A DNA stretch of 64,000 bases, from positions 2,123-66,122 of the forward strand of contig JAGMCI010000014.1 in assembly GCA_023129325.1 (NCBI GenBank), given 5' to 3'. This DNA is from a candidate division WOR-3 bacterium. GTDB lineage: Bacteria > Hydrothermota > UBA3073 > JACQXS01 > JAGMCI01. The notes under the pieces are model-generated. The model worked only from the letters and a program-made list of their open reading frames with translations, was not told the origin of the DNA and did not search any database. Below are positions 35,532 to 44,823 of the stretch, piece after piece. The translations under genes and the position numbers were made by a program. Each line of letters starts with the position of its first letter. Position 1 is the first letter of the stretch.

Positions 35532-36587
35532 ATGAAAATATTCAAGGAAAAAAAAGAACTCAGAGATACAATTATTCAAAAAACTACAATTCCATCAGCA
35601 AAATTTCTTGATGGCTATGTCCCTTTTGGTCCTGGCACTATTTGTCTTGAGCCTACAAATAGATGTAATTTGAAATGTAAAATATGTGCACGTAGTTACT
35701 GGAATTCAAAAATACAGCTTGGAGATATGCCTATGAAAACCTTTAAAAAGATTATCCCTTATTTTTCAAAAAGAGTTAGTGTAAGCTTACAGATGTTTGG
35801 TGAACCATTTATGGCACCAAATTTCTTTGAAATGTTGCATATTAGCAAAAAAAAAGCCCTTGAGATTGTTATCAATACAAATGGGACACTATTTACACCA
35901 GAAGTTTCTGCTCGTATAGTTAAAGAGGGAATTGATTTACTTGCTATATCAATAGATGGAATTAAAACTTTAAAATCTATTAGAGGTATAGATATTAACC
36001 TAATAATAAAGAACATTAAAAATCTCAATAAGGCAAAAGAGAAAACAAAGAGTCAAAAGCCAAAACTTACTATTGCTTTTGTATCAATGAAAGAAAATAT
36101 TGAGGAACTTCCAGATATGATTGATTTTGCTAAAAATTATGGATTTTCTGGAATCCATGGCGTACATCTAAATATACACTCAAAAACTTTACTAAACGAA
36201 ACTTTGTTCAAGCATAAAAAGTTAGCTACTCATTACTTTAATCTTGCCAGGAAAAAAGCTAAAGAATTAGGGGTCGGCATTTCGCTACCTTCTATTAGTG
36301 AAGAAACCCATTTTTGCAGACAGCCATTTGAATCATTATGGATATCATGGAATGGTGATGTCCGTCCTTGCTGTGCCTCAAATGTTCATGAAAAGGGGTC
36401 CATTGTTTTAGGAAATATTAATGAATCTTCACTTGACAAAATATGGAATAATGAACGAATGCGGAGGTTAAGAAAAGAACTTCTTGGATTCTTTCCGCTA
36501 AACGAATATTGCAAAGGATGTCCTTTATACAGCACAAAACCAGAAAATTTCATAAGGTTGCTTGATGAAAATAGCAGTAATTCATAA
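35532..36587 (+). CDS. Radical SAM enzyme with C-terminal SPASM-like cysteine cluster
   Basis: CNLKCKICA (CxxxCxxC). The C-terminus has CRQPFESLWISWNGDVRPCC...CKGCP. Confidence 0.85.
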   Translation: MKIFKEKKELRDTIIQKTTIPSAKFLDGYVPFGPGTICLEPTNRCNLKCKICARSYWNSKIQLGDMPMKTFKKIIPYFSKRVSVSLQMFGEPFMAPNFFEMLHISKKKALEIVINTNGTLFTPEVSARIVKEGIDLLAISIDGIKTLKSIRGIDINLIIKNIKNLNKAKEKTKSQKPKLTIAFVSMKENIEELPDMIDFAKNYGFSGIHGVHLNIHSKTLLNETLFKHKKLATHYFNLARKKAKELGVGISLPSISEETHFCRQPFESLWISWNGDVRPCCASNVHEKGSIVLGNINESSLDKIWNNERMRRLRKELLGFFPLNEYCKGCPLYSTKPENFIRLLDENSSNS

Positions 36588-37779
36588 TCTTCCATCTGGA
36601 GGAGCGAAAGTAGTCTTATATTGGTTTGTGAAAATACTTAAAAACAATCATTTGATTGATGAATACTGTCTTTCAACTTCAGAAAGAAAGTTTTATAATC
36701 TAAGTGAAATGGTTAATAAAACATATATTTTCTCATATACTCAAACAAAAAAGTTTAAGACTATTCTCTGGCGTTTTAACTTTGTCCTTAACTTCCTCGA
36801 CCTTTTTCGCTTGAATCGTATATACAAAGAGATTGCTAAAAAAGTAGATGTTGAGGGATATGATGTTGTTTTGATGACGCATGATAGATTTATACAAACT
36901 CCTTCTTGCTTACGATATTTAAAGACTCCCACCCTTTATTATTGCCATGAACCATTTTCAAAGTTCTACAGGAAGCATAAAAAAGAATCAATTCGTAAAT
37001 TAACTCTTCCATCATTTTCTCAACTATATGATAAGACTCTTAAATGGATAGATAAATCTAACATAAAATTTGCTCAAAAGATATTAGTAAATTCCAAGAA
37101 TACAAAAGAAAATTGTAAAAAAGCTTATGGAATAGAAAGTAAAGTGTGTTATCAGGGTGTAAACACAGACATATTCCGTCCACTCAACAATGTAGGCACG
37201 AATTCAATTCGTGCAATTGAGGAGGAAAATTTTGTCCTCTCGGTGGGTGCTTTAGACCCAGTCAAGGGACACGATTTCATAATAAGAGCACTTGGCAAAA
37301 TAGATAAAGAGATAAGACCCTCACTTAAAATTGTATACGAGAGAACCACTGAAGGATATAAAGAACATCTTTCAAAATTTGCAAAAAAACAAGATGTAAG
37401 GGTTCATTTTTTATGTCGCATTTCATCAGGAGAACTTATAAATCTCTATAATAAAGCAAAATTTCTTATCTGTGCTCAATATAATGAACCCTTTGGACGC
37501 ACCCCATTAGAAGCAATGGCCTGTGAGATACCGGTAATTGCTGTAAATGAGGGAGGATTTAAAGAAACCATTTTACATAAAAAGACAGGCCTCTTGGTTA
37601 AAAGAGATATTAATGAACTTTGTAATGCAATAAATATGTTACTCTGTAGTCCCAAAAAAAGAAAAGAATATGGAAAAAACGGACGCAAGTATATTTTAGA
37701 CAATTGGACCTGGGAATCTGCAGCAAAAAAGTTAGAAACATATCTATACCAGGTTTCTGAAGGAGGTAAAGGTGTTTAA
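36562..37779 (+). CDS. Glycosyltransferase, GT4
   Basis: AQYNEPFGRTPLEAMACEIPVIAVNEGG block. An in-frame palindrome GCACGAATTCAATTCGTGC lies at 37196-37214. Confidence 0.8.
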   Translation: MMKIAVIHNLPSGGAKVVLYWFVKILKNNHLIDEYCLSTSERKFYNLSEMVNKTYIFSYTQTKKFKTILWRFNFVLNFLDLFRLNRIYKEIAKKVDVEGYDVVLMTHDRFIQTPSCLRYLKTPTLYYCHEPFSKFYRKHKKESIRKLTLPSFSQLYDKTLKWIDKSNIKFAQKILVNSKNTKENCKKAYGIESKVCYQGVNTDIFRPLNNVGTNSIRAIEEENFVLSVGALDPVKGHDFIIRALGKIDKEIRPSLKIVYERTTEGYKEHLSKFAKKQDVRVHFLCRISSGELINLYNKAKFLICAQYNEPFGRTPLEAMACEIPVIAVNEGGFKETILHKKTGLLVKRDINELCNAINMLLCSPKKRKEYGKNGRKYILDNWTWESAAKKLETYLYQVSEGGKGV

Positions 37780-39487
37780 GGGAAAAAACTTACAAATTTT
37801 AATTTTGCTTTTAATAGTGGTTATAAGTCAATGGATTATTATTACAAAATTTCTACCCAAAAATGTTTTCTTTATGGGTGATACAGGAGTAAAATTTATA
37901 CAAACGGAAAATATAAAGAATAATAACTTTAAAAACTTTTATATAAAATATCCTGGAGAAAATATAGACCCTGAACATAAATTTACTCCTTTTTTATATC
38001 CTTTTTATTCAGAGAGAGGAGGAAAATTTTATTCTTTTTATGCACCTGCTTTTACCTTTCTTTCTGCGATTCCTTATAAGTTATTTGGATATTACGGATT
38101 ATACATAATTCCCTCTTTATCTTTTCTGTTAATAATTATTCTTGTCTTTAATATTGGAAAGATGATAGGTAAAAAAATAGGTTTAGGAGCTGCTATTGTT
38201 ACTGCATTCGCCTCCCCACTGTATTTTTATGGTATCACATTCTGGGGGCATACTTTAAGTATTTTTTTAGGATTATTATCTTTATTTTTATTTTTAAAGG
38301 GCTCTCTCAAAAAAAGAATTTATCTTTTCTTTTGGGCAGGTTTCATAGCAATAGCTGGAATAATGACAAGAGAAGAAATTTATGCAATAATACTTGCCTT
38401 TCCAATTGCTTATCTTTTATCAGGTAAGATTTCTAAATATAATTTAAAAGAAATTTTAATATTTTTATCAACAGCTATCTTTGCTGTTATTATTTACCTT
38501 ATAATTACTTCTATAGTTACAGGAGTGATAGGAGGTTATCATCTTAATTTTTACCTATCTTTTACAGAAAAGACAATAGGAACTTTTCTTAAAAAGAAAA
38601 TTGATTTAATAAATAATATGTTAATCCCTTTATGGAATAGAAAAGTAATACTTGGTCTTTTAATGCCTTTTATAATATTTATTGGATGTAAGGTCTTTAA
38701 AACAAAGGGAAATGTTGCTAAAGGAGTTTTTGCTTCTTCTGTAATCTTGGCAATAATTTACGGAACTGCTTTTACCTTTCATAGAAGATTCTGGTGGAGC
38801 ACAGACTTGCTTATAGGATTCCCATTAGTGCTATTTACATACTTTGGACTTTGGGTCTCTTTAAAAAGAGAAAAAAAGAAATTAGCTAATACTACTGAGA
38901 ACTTTATAATGAAATTTACTATGTGGAGTAGTATATTCTTTGTAATTTTTGTGATGATTGCGGTCCACTCCTGGGGAGGTTCACAATGGGGTCCCAGATA
39001 TATTCTTTTTATATGTCCCTTGCTCGCAATTCTAATAATGGGAATTTTTAAAAAAGCTATTTTAAAAGGAACATTCCTTGGGAAAGGAGTTATATCTTTA
39101 CTATTTATATATCTCATTATATTCAGTATTATAATGCAAGGATATTCTTTATATTACATATACTCATTTAAAAAAATGGATAAAAAAATAAATGATATAA
39201 CCTTAAACACAACTCCTGAAGTAATTTTAACTGACCGATGGTGGTTTCATCAAGTATGCGCACCAATATTTTATGAAAAGAAAATCTTCTTCCTTGAAGA
39301 TATGTCAAACTTCTGGGAATTTGTGGAGGCATTACGGAAACATAATGTAGATAAATTTTCACTTGTAACATCTCGCAAAGCTTCTCTTTTATCTATAAAA
39401 GTTCCCGAAAGATATGGACTAAAAATTATAGAAAAGAAAAGCATAAAAGAGAGAGAGCTGGATTATATCACCTATACATTAGAATAA
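37772..39487 (+). CDS. Polytopic membrane protein, possible GT-C-type glycosyltransferase or polymerase
   Basis: 571 aa with many hydrophobic segments and a soluble C-terminal region. There is no diagnostic motif. Confidence 0.5.
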   Translation: MFKGKNLQILILLLIVVISQWIIITKFLPKNVFFMGDTGVKFIQTENIKNNNFKNFYIKYPGENIDPEHKFTPFLYPFYSERGGKFYSFYAPAFTFLSAIPYKLFGYYGLYIIPSLSFLLIIILVFNIGKMIGKKIGLGAAIVTAFASPLYFYGITFWGHTLSIFLGLLSLFLFLKGSLKKRIYLFFWAGFIAIAGIMTREEIYAIILAFPIAYLLSGKISKYNLKEILIFLSTAIFAVIIYLIITSIVTGVIGGYHLNFYLSFTEKTIGTFLKKKIDLINNMLIPLWNRKVILGLLMPFIIFIGCKVFKTKGNVAKGVFASSVILAIIYGTAFTFHRRFWWSTDLLIGFPLVLFTYFGLWVSLKREKKKLANTTENFIMKFTMWSSIFFVIFVMIAVHSWGGSQWGPRYILFICPLLAILIMGIFKKAILKGTFLGKGVISLLFIYLIIFSIIMQGYSLYYIYSFKKMDKKINDITLNTTPEVILTDRWWFHQVCAPIFYEKKIFFLEDMSNFWEFVEALRKHNVDKFSLVTSRKASLLSIKVPERYGLKIIEKKSIKERELDYITYTLE

Positions 39488-39538
39488 GCGTTTTGTTAAG
39501 CAATGTGAAATAATCTTTTGCGATAGAAACAAAAATTA

Positions 39539-40666
39539 ATGAAACAGAAATTGCCAAAAGTTTCTATAATAATTCTTGATTGGAATGGTGGGAAAGATAT
39601 AATAGAGTGTTTAAAATCAATTAAAGGGATAAATTACACCAATTATGAATTAATCGTTGTTGATAATGCTTCTTTTGATAACTCTGTTAATCTCATAAGG
39701 GAGAAATTTCCAAATATAAGAATAATTCAAAACAAAGAGAATCTTGGTTTTGCAGGAGGAATGAATACAGGAATAGTGCAAAGTGTAAAGTGCAAAGTGC
39801 AAAGTGATTATGTGTTACTGCTTAACCAAGATACAATAGTAGGGAAGAATTTTTTAAAGGAGCTTGTAAAAGTAGCTGAATCAGACCCAAAAATTGGGAT
39901 TGTTGGTCCAAAAATATATTACTGGAAGGAGTCAAGGAGTCAAGGGGTCAAGCTATCGAGCTATCGGGCTATCAGTAACCAATTACCAATTACCAATTAC
40001 CAATTACCAAATATTATTTGGTCTTGCGGAACAAAATTTGCAACTGGAAGTATATTTAAAATGGAAGTTCCTTACATAGCACCTGTCCCTATTGGATGTG
40101 GCAAGAAAGATAGAAGTGAGAAGCAAGAAGCAAGAGGTGAGAAAAGGGAACTCCCCAATTCTCAATCCTCAATCCTCAATTCTGATAAGGAAGTAGACGC
40201 GATTACTGGCTGTTGTATGCTTATAAAATTTGAAGTAATTGATAAAATTGGACTCTTGGATGAGAGATTTTTTATAATTCACGAAGATGATGATTATTGT
40301 GTAAGGGCAAGAAAGGCAGGATATAAAGTATGCGTGGCACCTAAATCAATAATCTGGCATAAAGTATCAACCAGTCTACTTCCCACTTCCTACTTCCCAC
40401 TTCCCACTTCCAAATCATATGAGGCAAATCCTATGACAATTTATTACGGATACAGAAATTGGTTAATAGTGTTAAGAAAACATTTTGGGAGCTTTTTTAT
40501 TAGAGTCTTTTTTACCTATATAGTTAAAGTTTTTCCGCTATCCTTTATAAATCTGATCAGGGAGCGTAAACTATCCTTGAGAATTACCCTCTCATATTTA
40601 TACATTATTCTTGATACCTTTCTGTGGAGAATGCCAAAAAGGTTCTTAAAACTTGACAAATCATAA
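39539..40666 (+). CDS. Glycosyltransferase, GT2, with four in-frame repeat insertions
   Basis: VSIIILDWNG...YELIVVDNASFDNS and LLLNQDT (DxD-type) motifs, plus ITGCCMLIKFEVIDKIGLLDERFFIIHEDDDYCVRARKAGYKV. Confidence 0.85.
   Translation: MKQKLPKVSIIILDWNGGKDIIECLKSIKGINYTNYELIVVDNASFDNSVNLIREKFPNIRIIQNKENLGFAGGMNTGIVQSVKCKVQSDYVLLLNQDTIVGKNFLKELVKVAESDPKIGIVGPKIYYWKESRSQGVKLSSYRAISNQLPITNYQLPNIIWSCGTKFATGSIFKMEVPYIAPVPIGCGKKDRSEKQEARGEKRELPNSQSSILNSDKEVDAITGCCMLIKFEVIDKIGLLDERFFIIHEDDDYCVRARKAGYKVCVAPKSIIWHKVSTSLLPTSYFPLPTSKSYEANPMTIYYGYRNWLIVLRKHFGSFFIRVFFTYIVKVFPLSFINLIRERKLSLRITLSYLYIILDTFLWRMPKRFLKLDKS
39775..39809. repeat. Heptamer array in frame
   Basis: AGTGCAA AGTGTAA AGTGCAA AGTGCAA AGTGATT, encoding VQSVKCKVQSD. 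Confidence 0.85.
39928..40012. repeat. Three consecutive arrays in frame (8-mers, 8-mers, 7-mers)
   Basis: (GGAGTCAA)x3 at 39928-39951, (GCTATCGR)x3 at 39952-39975, and (ACCAATT)x4 at 39978-40005 plus ACCAAAT. Together they encode SRSQGVKLSSYRAISNQLPITNYQLP. Confidence 0.9.
40112..40181. repeat. Two heptamer arrays in frame, joined by a short palindrome
   Basis: AGAAGTG AGAAGCA AGAAGCA AGAGGTG AGAAAAG, then GGGAACTCCCC, then CCCAATT CTCAATC CTCAATC CTCAATT. Confidence 0.85.
40377..40411. repeat. Heptamer array in frame, inverse orientation of the AGAAGTG array
   Basis: TACTTCC CACTTCC TACTTCC CACTTCC CACTTCC, which is the reverse complement of GGAAGTR. It encodes LLPTSYFPLPTS. Confidence 0.85.
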
Positions 40667-40681
40667 AATTTCTGATAATCT
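40653..40681 (+). promoter_or_regulatory. Sigma-70-like promoter inside the 3' end of the GT2 gene
   Basis: TTGACA, a 17-nt spacer, then TAATCT, upstream of the nucleotidyltransferase gene. Confidence 0.4.
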
Positions 40682-40711
40682 AATATTCAGATAACCTGAT
40701 AATATCTATTT

Positions 40712-41206
40712 ATGTATTACGAATCTGTATTTCGGGGATTAAATGAACAAGGGGTAAAATACCTCGTAATCGGTGGTATAGCAGTTAATCTTTACGGTAT
40801 CATGCGTGCTACAGCAGACCTTGATATTATGGTAGATTTATCACAAGAAAATGTTGAAAAGTTAGTGATTGCTTTGGAAAACTTAGGCTATAAGCCAAAA
40901 GTTCCAGTAAAGGCTATAGAATTTGCTGACCCAGAAAAGCGAAAGATGTGGCAGGAGAAGAAACATATGCATGTCTTTTTATTCTTTCATCCAGAGAAAC
41001 TATTTGAAGAAGTTGATGTTTTTGTTGAGAACCTAATTGATTTTGAGACTGTTGGTAAAGATAAAAAAATTGTTAGAGCAGAGAACATAGAGATTCCCAT
41101 TATTTCCATTAAACACTTGATTGATTTAAAAAAGAAAGCTGGGAGGAAACAAGATATATCTGACATAGAGGCGTTAGAGCAAGTAAGGAGAATTAATGAA
41201 ATCTAA
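40712..41206 (+). CDS. Minimal nucleotidyltransferase-fold protein (TA-like module component)
   Basis: VIGGIAVNLYGIMRATADLDIMV fits the GG-x-R-x-T-x-D-x-D pattern. The C-terminal part is KHLIDLKKKAGRKQDISDIEAL. Confidence 0.6.
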   Translation: MYYESVFRGLNEQGVKYLVIGGIAVNLYGIMRATADLDIMVDLSQENVEKLVIALENLGYKPKVPVKAIEFADPEKRKMWQEKKHMHVFLFFHPEKLFEEVDVFVENLIDFETVGKDKKIVRAENIEIPIISIKHLIDLKKKAGRKQDISDIEALEQVRRINEI

Positions 41207-41381
41207 AACCAAAAAAGGAGGATATTCTCATTATCATTCTGATGAAGAAATCAGGAAATATATGGACTGGCCTGCAAAAACAAAGCTTGATTGGCTTGAA
41301 GAGATAAACGAGTTTTTATACAAGGCAATGCCTCCTGAAAATAGAAAGATAATGGAAAAGTTCAGGAAGGGAGAGATATAA
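41196..41381 (+). CDS. Small partner protein of the nucleotidyltransferase
   Basis: 61 aa. It overlaps the upstream gene by 11 nt. No motif was recognised. Confidence 0.45.
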   Translation: MKSKTKKGGYSHYHSDEEIRKYMDWPAKTKLDWLEEINEFLYKAMPPENRKIMEKFRKGEI

Positions 41382-41429
41382 GGAATTTTGAAATTTAGGA
41401 ATGCTCTTTACACGAGAGTTAATTTCGGA

Positions 41430-41460
41430 GCGGCAACCCCGATTTTATCGGGGTTGCCGC
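41430..41460. repeat. Perfect 14-bp-stem GC-rich hairpin
   Basis: GCGGCAACCCCGAT TTT ATCGGGGTTGCCGC, flanked by GATTT-type heptamer arrays (41383-41400 and 41505-41550). Confidence 0.75.
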
Positions 41461-41558
41461 AATGCAAAACCACCGATAGTAAGGCTGGAAGCCTCACCTG
41501 TTATGGTTTAGGATTTTGTATTTAGGATTTGTTTGAGATTTATGATTTGAAATATAAT

Positions 41559-42674
41559 ATGCGTGTTGGGATAGATGCAAGAGTTCTCCAAACAGGACTC
41601 AGGAATAAAGGAATTGGAACATATACATATAATCTAATAAAAAAGTTGATTGAACTAAACACAAAGCATGAATTTATATTTTATGTTTTCAAAAATGAAC
41701 CTATTCCTGAGATGTTGAGAGAGTTTGAGTTAATTAAAGTAAATAGATATAAAAGATTAAATTTCATCTGGCAGCAATTTACAGAATCCAAAGGAGATAT
41801 AGATATTTTTCACACTCTTGTTTGTCTGGGGCCCACAAGAGAGATAATCTTGCCATATTTCCAACGGATACCCACAATTGCAACTATTTACGACCTTAAT
41901 TTGATGCACCTTAATGATGAATGGCCAAGATATTTCTCAAGAACACGGGATTACAGAATTCAATTGCGTTCCATCAAAAAGGTAAGTAAGATAATAACTA
42001 TTTCTAATTATGTAAAGAAGGATATTATTAATACTTTATATATTGATAAAGACAAGATTGAGATAATCTATCCGGGTATTTCAACAAATGTTTTTAAGCA
42101 ACTTGAAGATACGGATTTATTGGAGCACGTGAAGCAGAAATATAACATCAGCTCGCGCTTCCTCTTTGCTGTTGGGGAACAGCCTAACAAGAATATAGGA
42201 GTTATATTTAGAGTTTTAAGAGAACTTAGAGATGATATACAACTTGTTGTAGTAGGCAAGAAAGAAAACTGTAAAGAGATTTATTTCCTGAAAGATTTGA
42301 GATTGGAAAATAGAGTTATATTTACAAACGAGATTCCAGAGAAAGAATTGGTAATTTTTTATAATCTTGCAGCTCTTCTTATTTTTCCTTCCTTGGCAGA
42401 GGGTTTTGGGTTGCCAGTTTTAGAAGCTATGGCATGTGGATGCCCTGTAGTAGCATCAAATGCTTGGTCACTTCCTGAGGTTGTTGGGACGGGTGGTTTA
42501 ATGTTTTCTCCATATGACATAAAAGGAATGGCAAATGCAATAATACAAATTTTAACAGATAAAAAATTTAAGAAAGAACTTATTATGAGAGGATTTGAAC
42601 AAGCAAAAAAATTCTCTTGGCAAAAATGTGCTAAAGAGACATTAGAGCTATATGAAGAGGTAATAAATAGCTAA
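41559..42674 (+). CDS. Glycosyltransferase, GT4
   Basis: FPSLAEGFGLPVLEAMACGCPVVASN block. The start is moved to MRVGIDARV because the upstream 30 nt belong to a heptamer array. Confidence 0.85.
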   Translation: MRVGIDARVLQTGLRNKGIGTYTYNLIKKLIELNTKHEFIFYVFKNEPIPEMLREFELIKVNRYKRLNFIWQQFTESKGDIDIFHTLVCLGPTREIILPYFQRIPTIATIYDLNLMHLNDEWPRYFSRTRDYRIQLRSIKKVSKIITISNYVKKDIINTLYIDKDKIEIIYPGISTNVFKQLEDTDLLEHVKQKYNISSRFLFAVGEQPNKNIGVIFRVLRELRDDIQLVVVGKKENCKEIYFLKDLRLENRVIFTNEIPEKELVIFYNLAALLIFPSLAEGFGLPVLEAMACGCPVVASNAWSLPEVVGTGGLMFSPYDIKGMANAIIQILTDKKFKKELIMRGFEQAKKFSWQKCAKETLELYEEVINS

Positions 42675-42684
42675 AATCTATAAG

Positions 42685-43620
42685 ATGAAGAAAGTACTTG
42701 TTACAGGGGGAGCTGGTTTTATTGGTAGTTGGCTTGCAGAAGCCCTTGTTAAAAAAGGTTATAGGGTAAAAATAGTAGATAATTTATCTAATGGTAGTGT
42801 TAATAATTTAGATAGGGTTAAAAACTCTATAGAATTTTACAAAATAGATGCCAGAGAACAAAATTTTTTAAATCTTATTCTCAAGGAGAATTTTGAAATA
42901 ATATTTCATCTGGCAGGAATTTCTTATGTCCCACCTTCAATTAAGAATCCCTGGTCTGATTTCCAAAATACGCTCCTCCCAACTTTTAAGATTTTAGATT
43001 GCATTAGAAAAAATGCTTTAAAATCTAAATTAATTATAGCTTCAAGCGCTGCTGTTTACGGCAATCTTTCTAAAACACCTATAAAAGAACAAGATACTTT
43101 AAATCCAATATCTCCTTATGGTGTTACACGATTAGCAATAGAAAAATATGCTTCAGTATTTAGTAACTTATACCAAATAAATGTATTATCCCTGCGTTTT
43201 TTTTCTACTTATGGACCGAGACAAAAAAAACAAGTAGTGTATGACTTTATAAAGAAATTAAGTCGAAATCCAAAAGAACTTGTGATACTGGGAAATGGTA
43301 AACAGGTTAGAGACCTTGTATATGTAAAAGATGTTGTAGATGCAATAATTAAAACAGCTATTAATGGGCAGTTTAATGGAGAAGCATACAATGTTGCGAC
43401 TGGCGTTGGGATAACAATAGTTGAGCTTGCAAAGTTGATTGAGAAAATAATGGGTGTTAATCCGAAATACAAATTTACTGGCTCTATCCGTCTGGGCGAC
43501 CCAGAAAAATGGATAGCAGACATTAGCAAAATAAGGAAACTCGGATATAAACCCCATTATTCTTTAAAGGAAGGTCTCGATGAGACAATTAATTGGTATT
43601 TTAAAAACTTCAAGACTTGA
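42685..43620 (+). CDS. NAD-dependent nucleotide-sugar epimerase/dehydratase (extended SDR)
   Basis: VTGGAGFIGSWL and YGVTRLAIEKY (YxxxK) motifs. Confidence 0.85.
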   Translation: MKKVLVTGGAGFIGSWLAEALVKKGYRVKIVDNLSNGSVNNLDRVKNSIEFYKIDAREQNFLNLILKENFEIIFHLAGISYVPPSIKNPWSDFQNTLLPTFKILDCIRKNALKSKLIIASSAAVYGNLSKTPIKEQDTLNPISPYGVTRLAIEKYASVFSNLYQINVLSLRFFSTYGPRQKKQVVYDFIKKLSRNPKELVILGNGKQVRDLVYVKDVVDAIIKTAINGQFNGEAYNVATGVGITIVELAKLIEKIMGVNPKYKFTGSIRLGDPEKWIADISKIRKLGYKPHYSLKEGLDETINWYFKNFKT

Positions 43621-43630
43621 CTTATAAGGA

Positions 43631-44821
43631 ATGAAAATAGTTTTTGTCATCCCAAGGTATCCGCCTGCAATAGGAGGACTTGAGCTTTTAACACAAAGTA
43701 TTGCACAATTCTTAGTAAAAAGGCATAAAGTGAGAGTCCTTACCCACACTAATAAACAATTACCCTTAGAGCCAGCTACAATGAGCACTTTTGCTCCAAA
43801 AATGAAGAATTATGTAGACAAGGGAGTGGAAATAATCAGTCTTACTCCTTCTTTTATTGAAAGGATAGGTCTCATTCCTGTATTGATTTATTACATTCCA
43901 AAATTAAGAAGGTGGTTCTTTGAAGCTATATTCAAATTAAGCATTTACTTTTATGACTTGATTATGGCTCAAAAAATTGGTAAATTGTCAAAAGAATTTG
44001 ATATTATATGTTCTATCCTTGGATGTCACCTTGGGTCAGCGGCGCAAAGAGCATCAGATAAATTAGACATCCCATTTACTATTCTTCCTTCTGCTCATCC
44101 TGAACAATACGGAGATGATAAATTGAATATAGAATTGTATAAAAAAGCCGCAATAGTTTTTACTCTCTTAAAAAAAGAAAAGGACTTTTATATAAAAAGG
44201 GGAGTTTTAAAAGAAAAGATTTTTACCATAGGAGCATTTCCTAATATCCGGGTGGATGAGAGCCTCTGCTCTCATTTTAGAAAAAGGTATAACATCAAAC
44301 AAGAAATGATACTATTTATTGGACGGCAAAGTGAATATAAAGGAGTTACTTGCCTATTAGAAGCAACTAAAATTGTTTGGGAAGAATTTCCAGATACAAA
44401 ATTTGTGTTTATAGGACCTAAAGAGGGTAAAAACTTAATAAAGATAAAAGATGAGAGAATTATTGATATGGGAAAAGTTGATGAAATTACCAAATCCTCT
44501 GCGATTGCCAATTGTGACATATTTTGTTTGCCATCAAAATATGAAGTATTACCAATTTCTATACTTGATGCCTGGTATTTTAAGAAAGCAGTAATTGCGG
44601 GAAACACAGAGTACCTCCGCGAATTAATAAACGATGGAGTAAATGGGATTTTGACAAATCAAAATCCTGAGGATATTGCCAATGCTATATTAAAATTACT
44701 TAAAGATAATAATTTAAGGAAACGGTTGGGAGAAAATGGATATAAAAAACTGATGAAAAATTATAATAAAGAGTTGGTAATTGGAAAGATAGAGAAAGAA
44801 TTTCAAAGTCTTTTAGATTAG
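43631..44821 (+). CDS. Glycosyltransferase, GT4-like
   Basis: GT-B layout, with LPSKYEVLPISILDAWYFKKAVIAGNTEYLRELI as a divergent EX7E block. Confidence 0.7.
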   Translation: MKIVFVIPRYPPAIGGLELLTQSIAQFLVKRHKVRVLTHTNKQLPLEPATMSTFAPKMKNYVDKGVEIISLTPSFIERIGLIPVLIYYIPKLRRWFFEAIFKLSIYFYDLIMAQKIGKLSKEFDIICSILGCHLGSAAQRASDKLDIPFTILPSAHPEQYGDDKLNIELYKKAAIVFTLLKKEKDFYIKRGVLKEKIFTIGAFPNIRVDESLCSHFRKRYNIKQEMILFIGRQSEYKGVTCLLEATKIVWEEFPDTKFVFIGPKEGKNLIKIKDERIIDMGKVDEITKSSAIANCDIFCLPSKYEVLPISILDAWYFKKAVIAGNTEYLRELINDGVNGILTNQNPEDIANAILKLLKDNNLRKRLGENGYKKLMKNYNKELVIGKIEKEFQSLLD

Positions 44822-44823
44822 AA

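Noticed and set aside
39894-40079. 61-aa ORF in an alternative frame across the GT2 arrays
   Set aside because: It stays open only because tandem arrays lack stops in several frames. The GT2 frame carries the conserved motifs.
21345-41550. Telomere-like heptamers (ACCCTAC, TTTAGGA)
   Set aside because: The resemblance to the plant-type TTTAGGG repeat is partial. The units are internal, variable and embedded among many unrelated heptamer types, so I treat it as coincidence.
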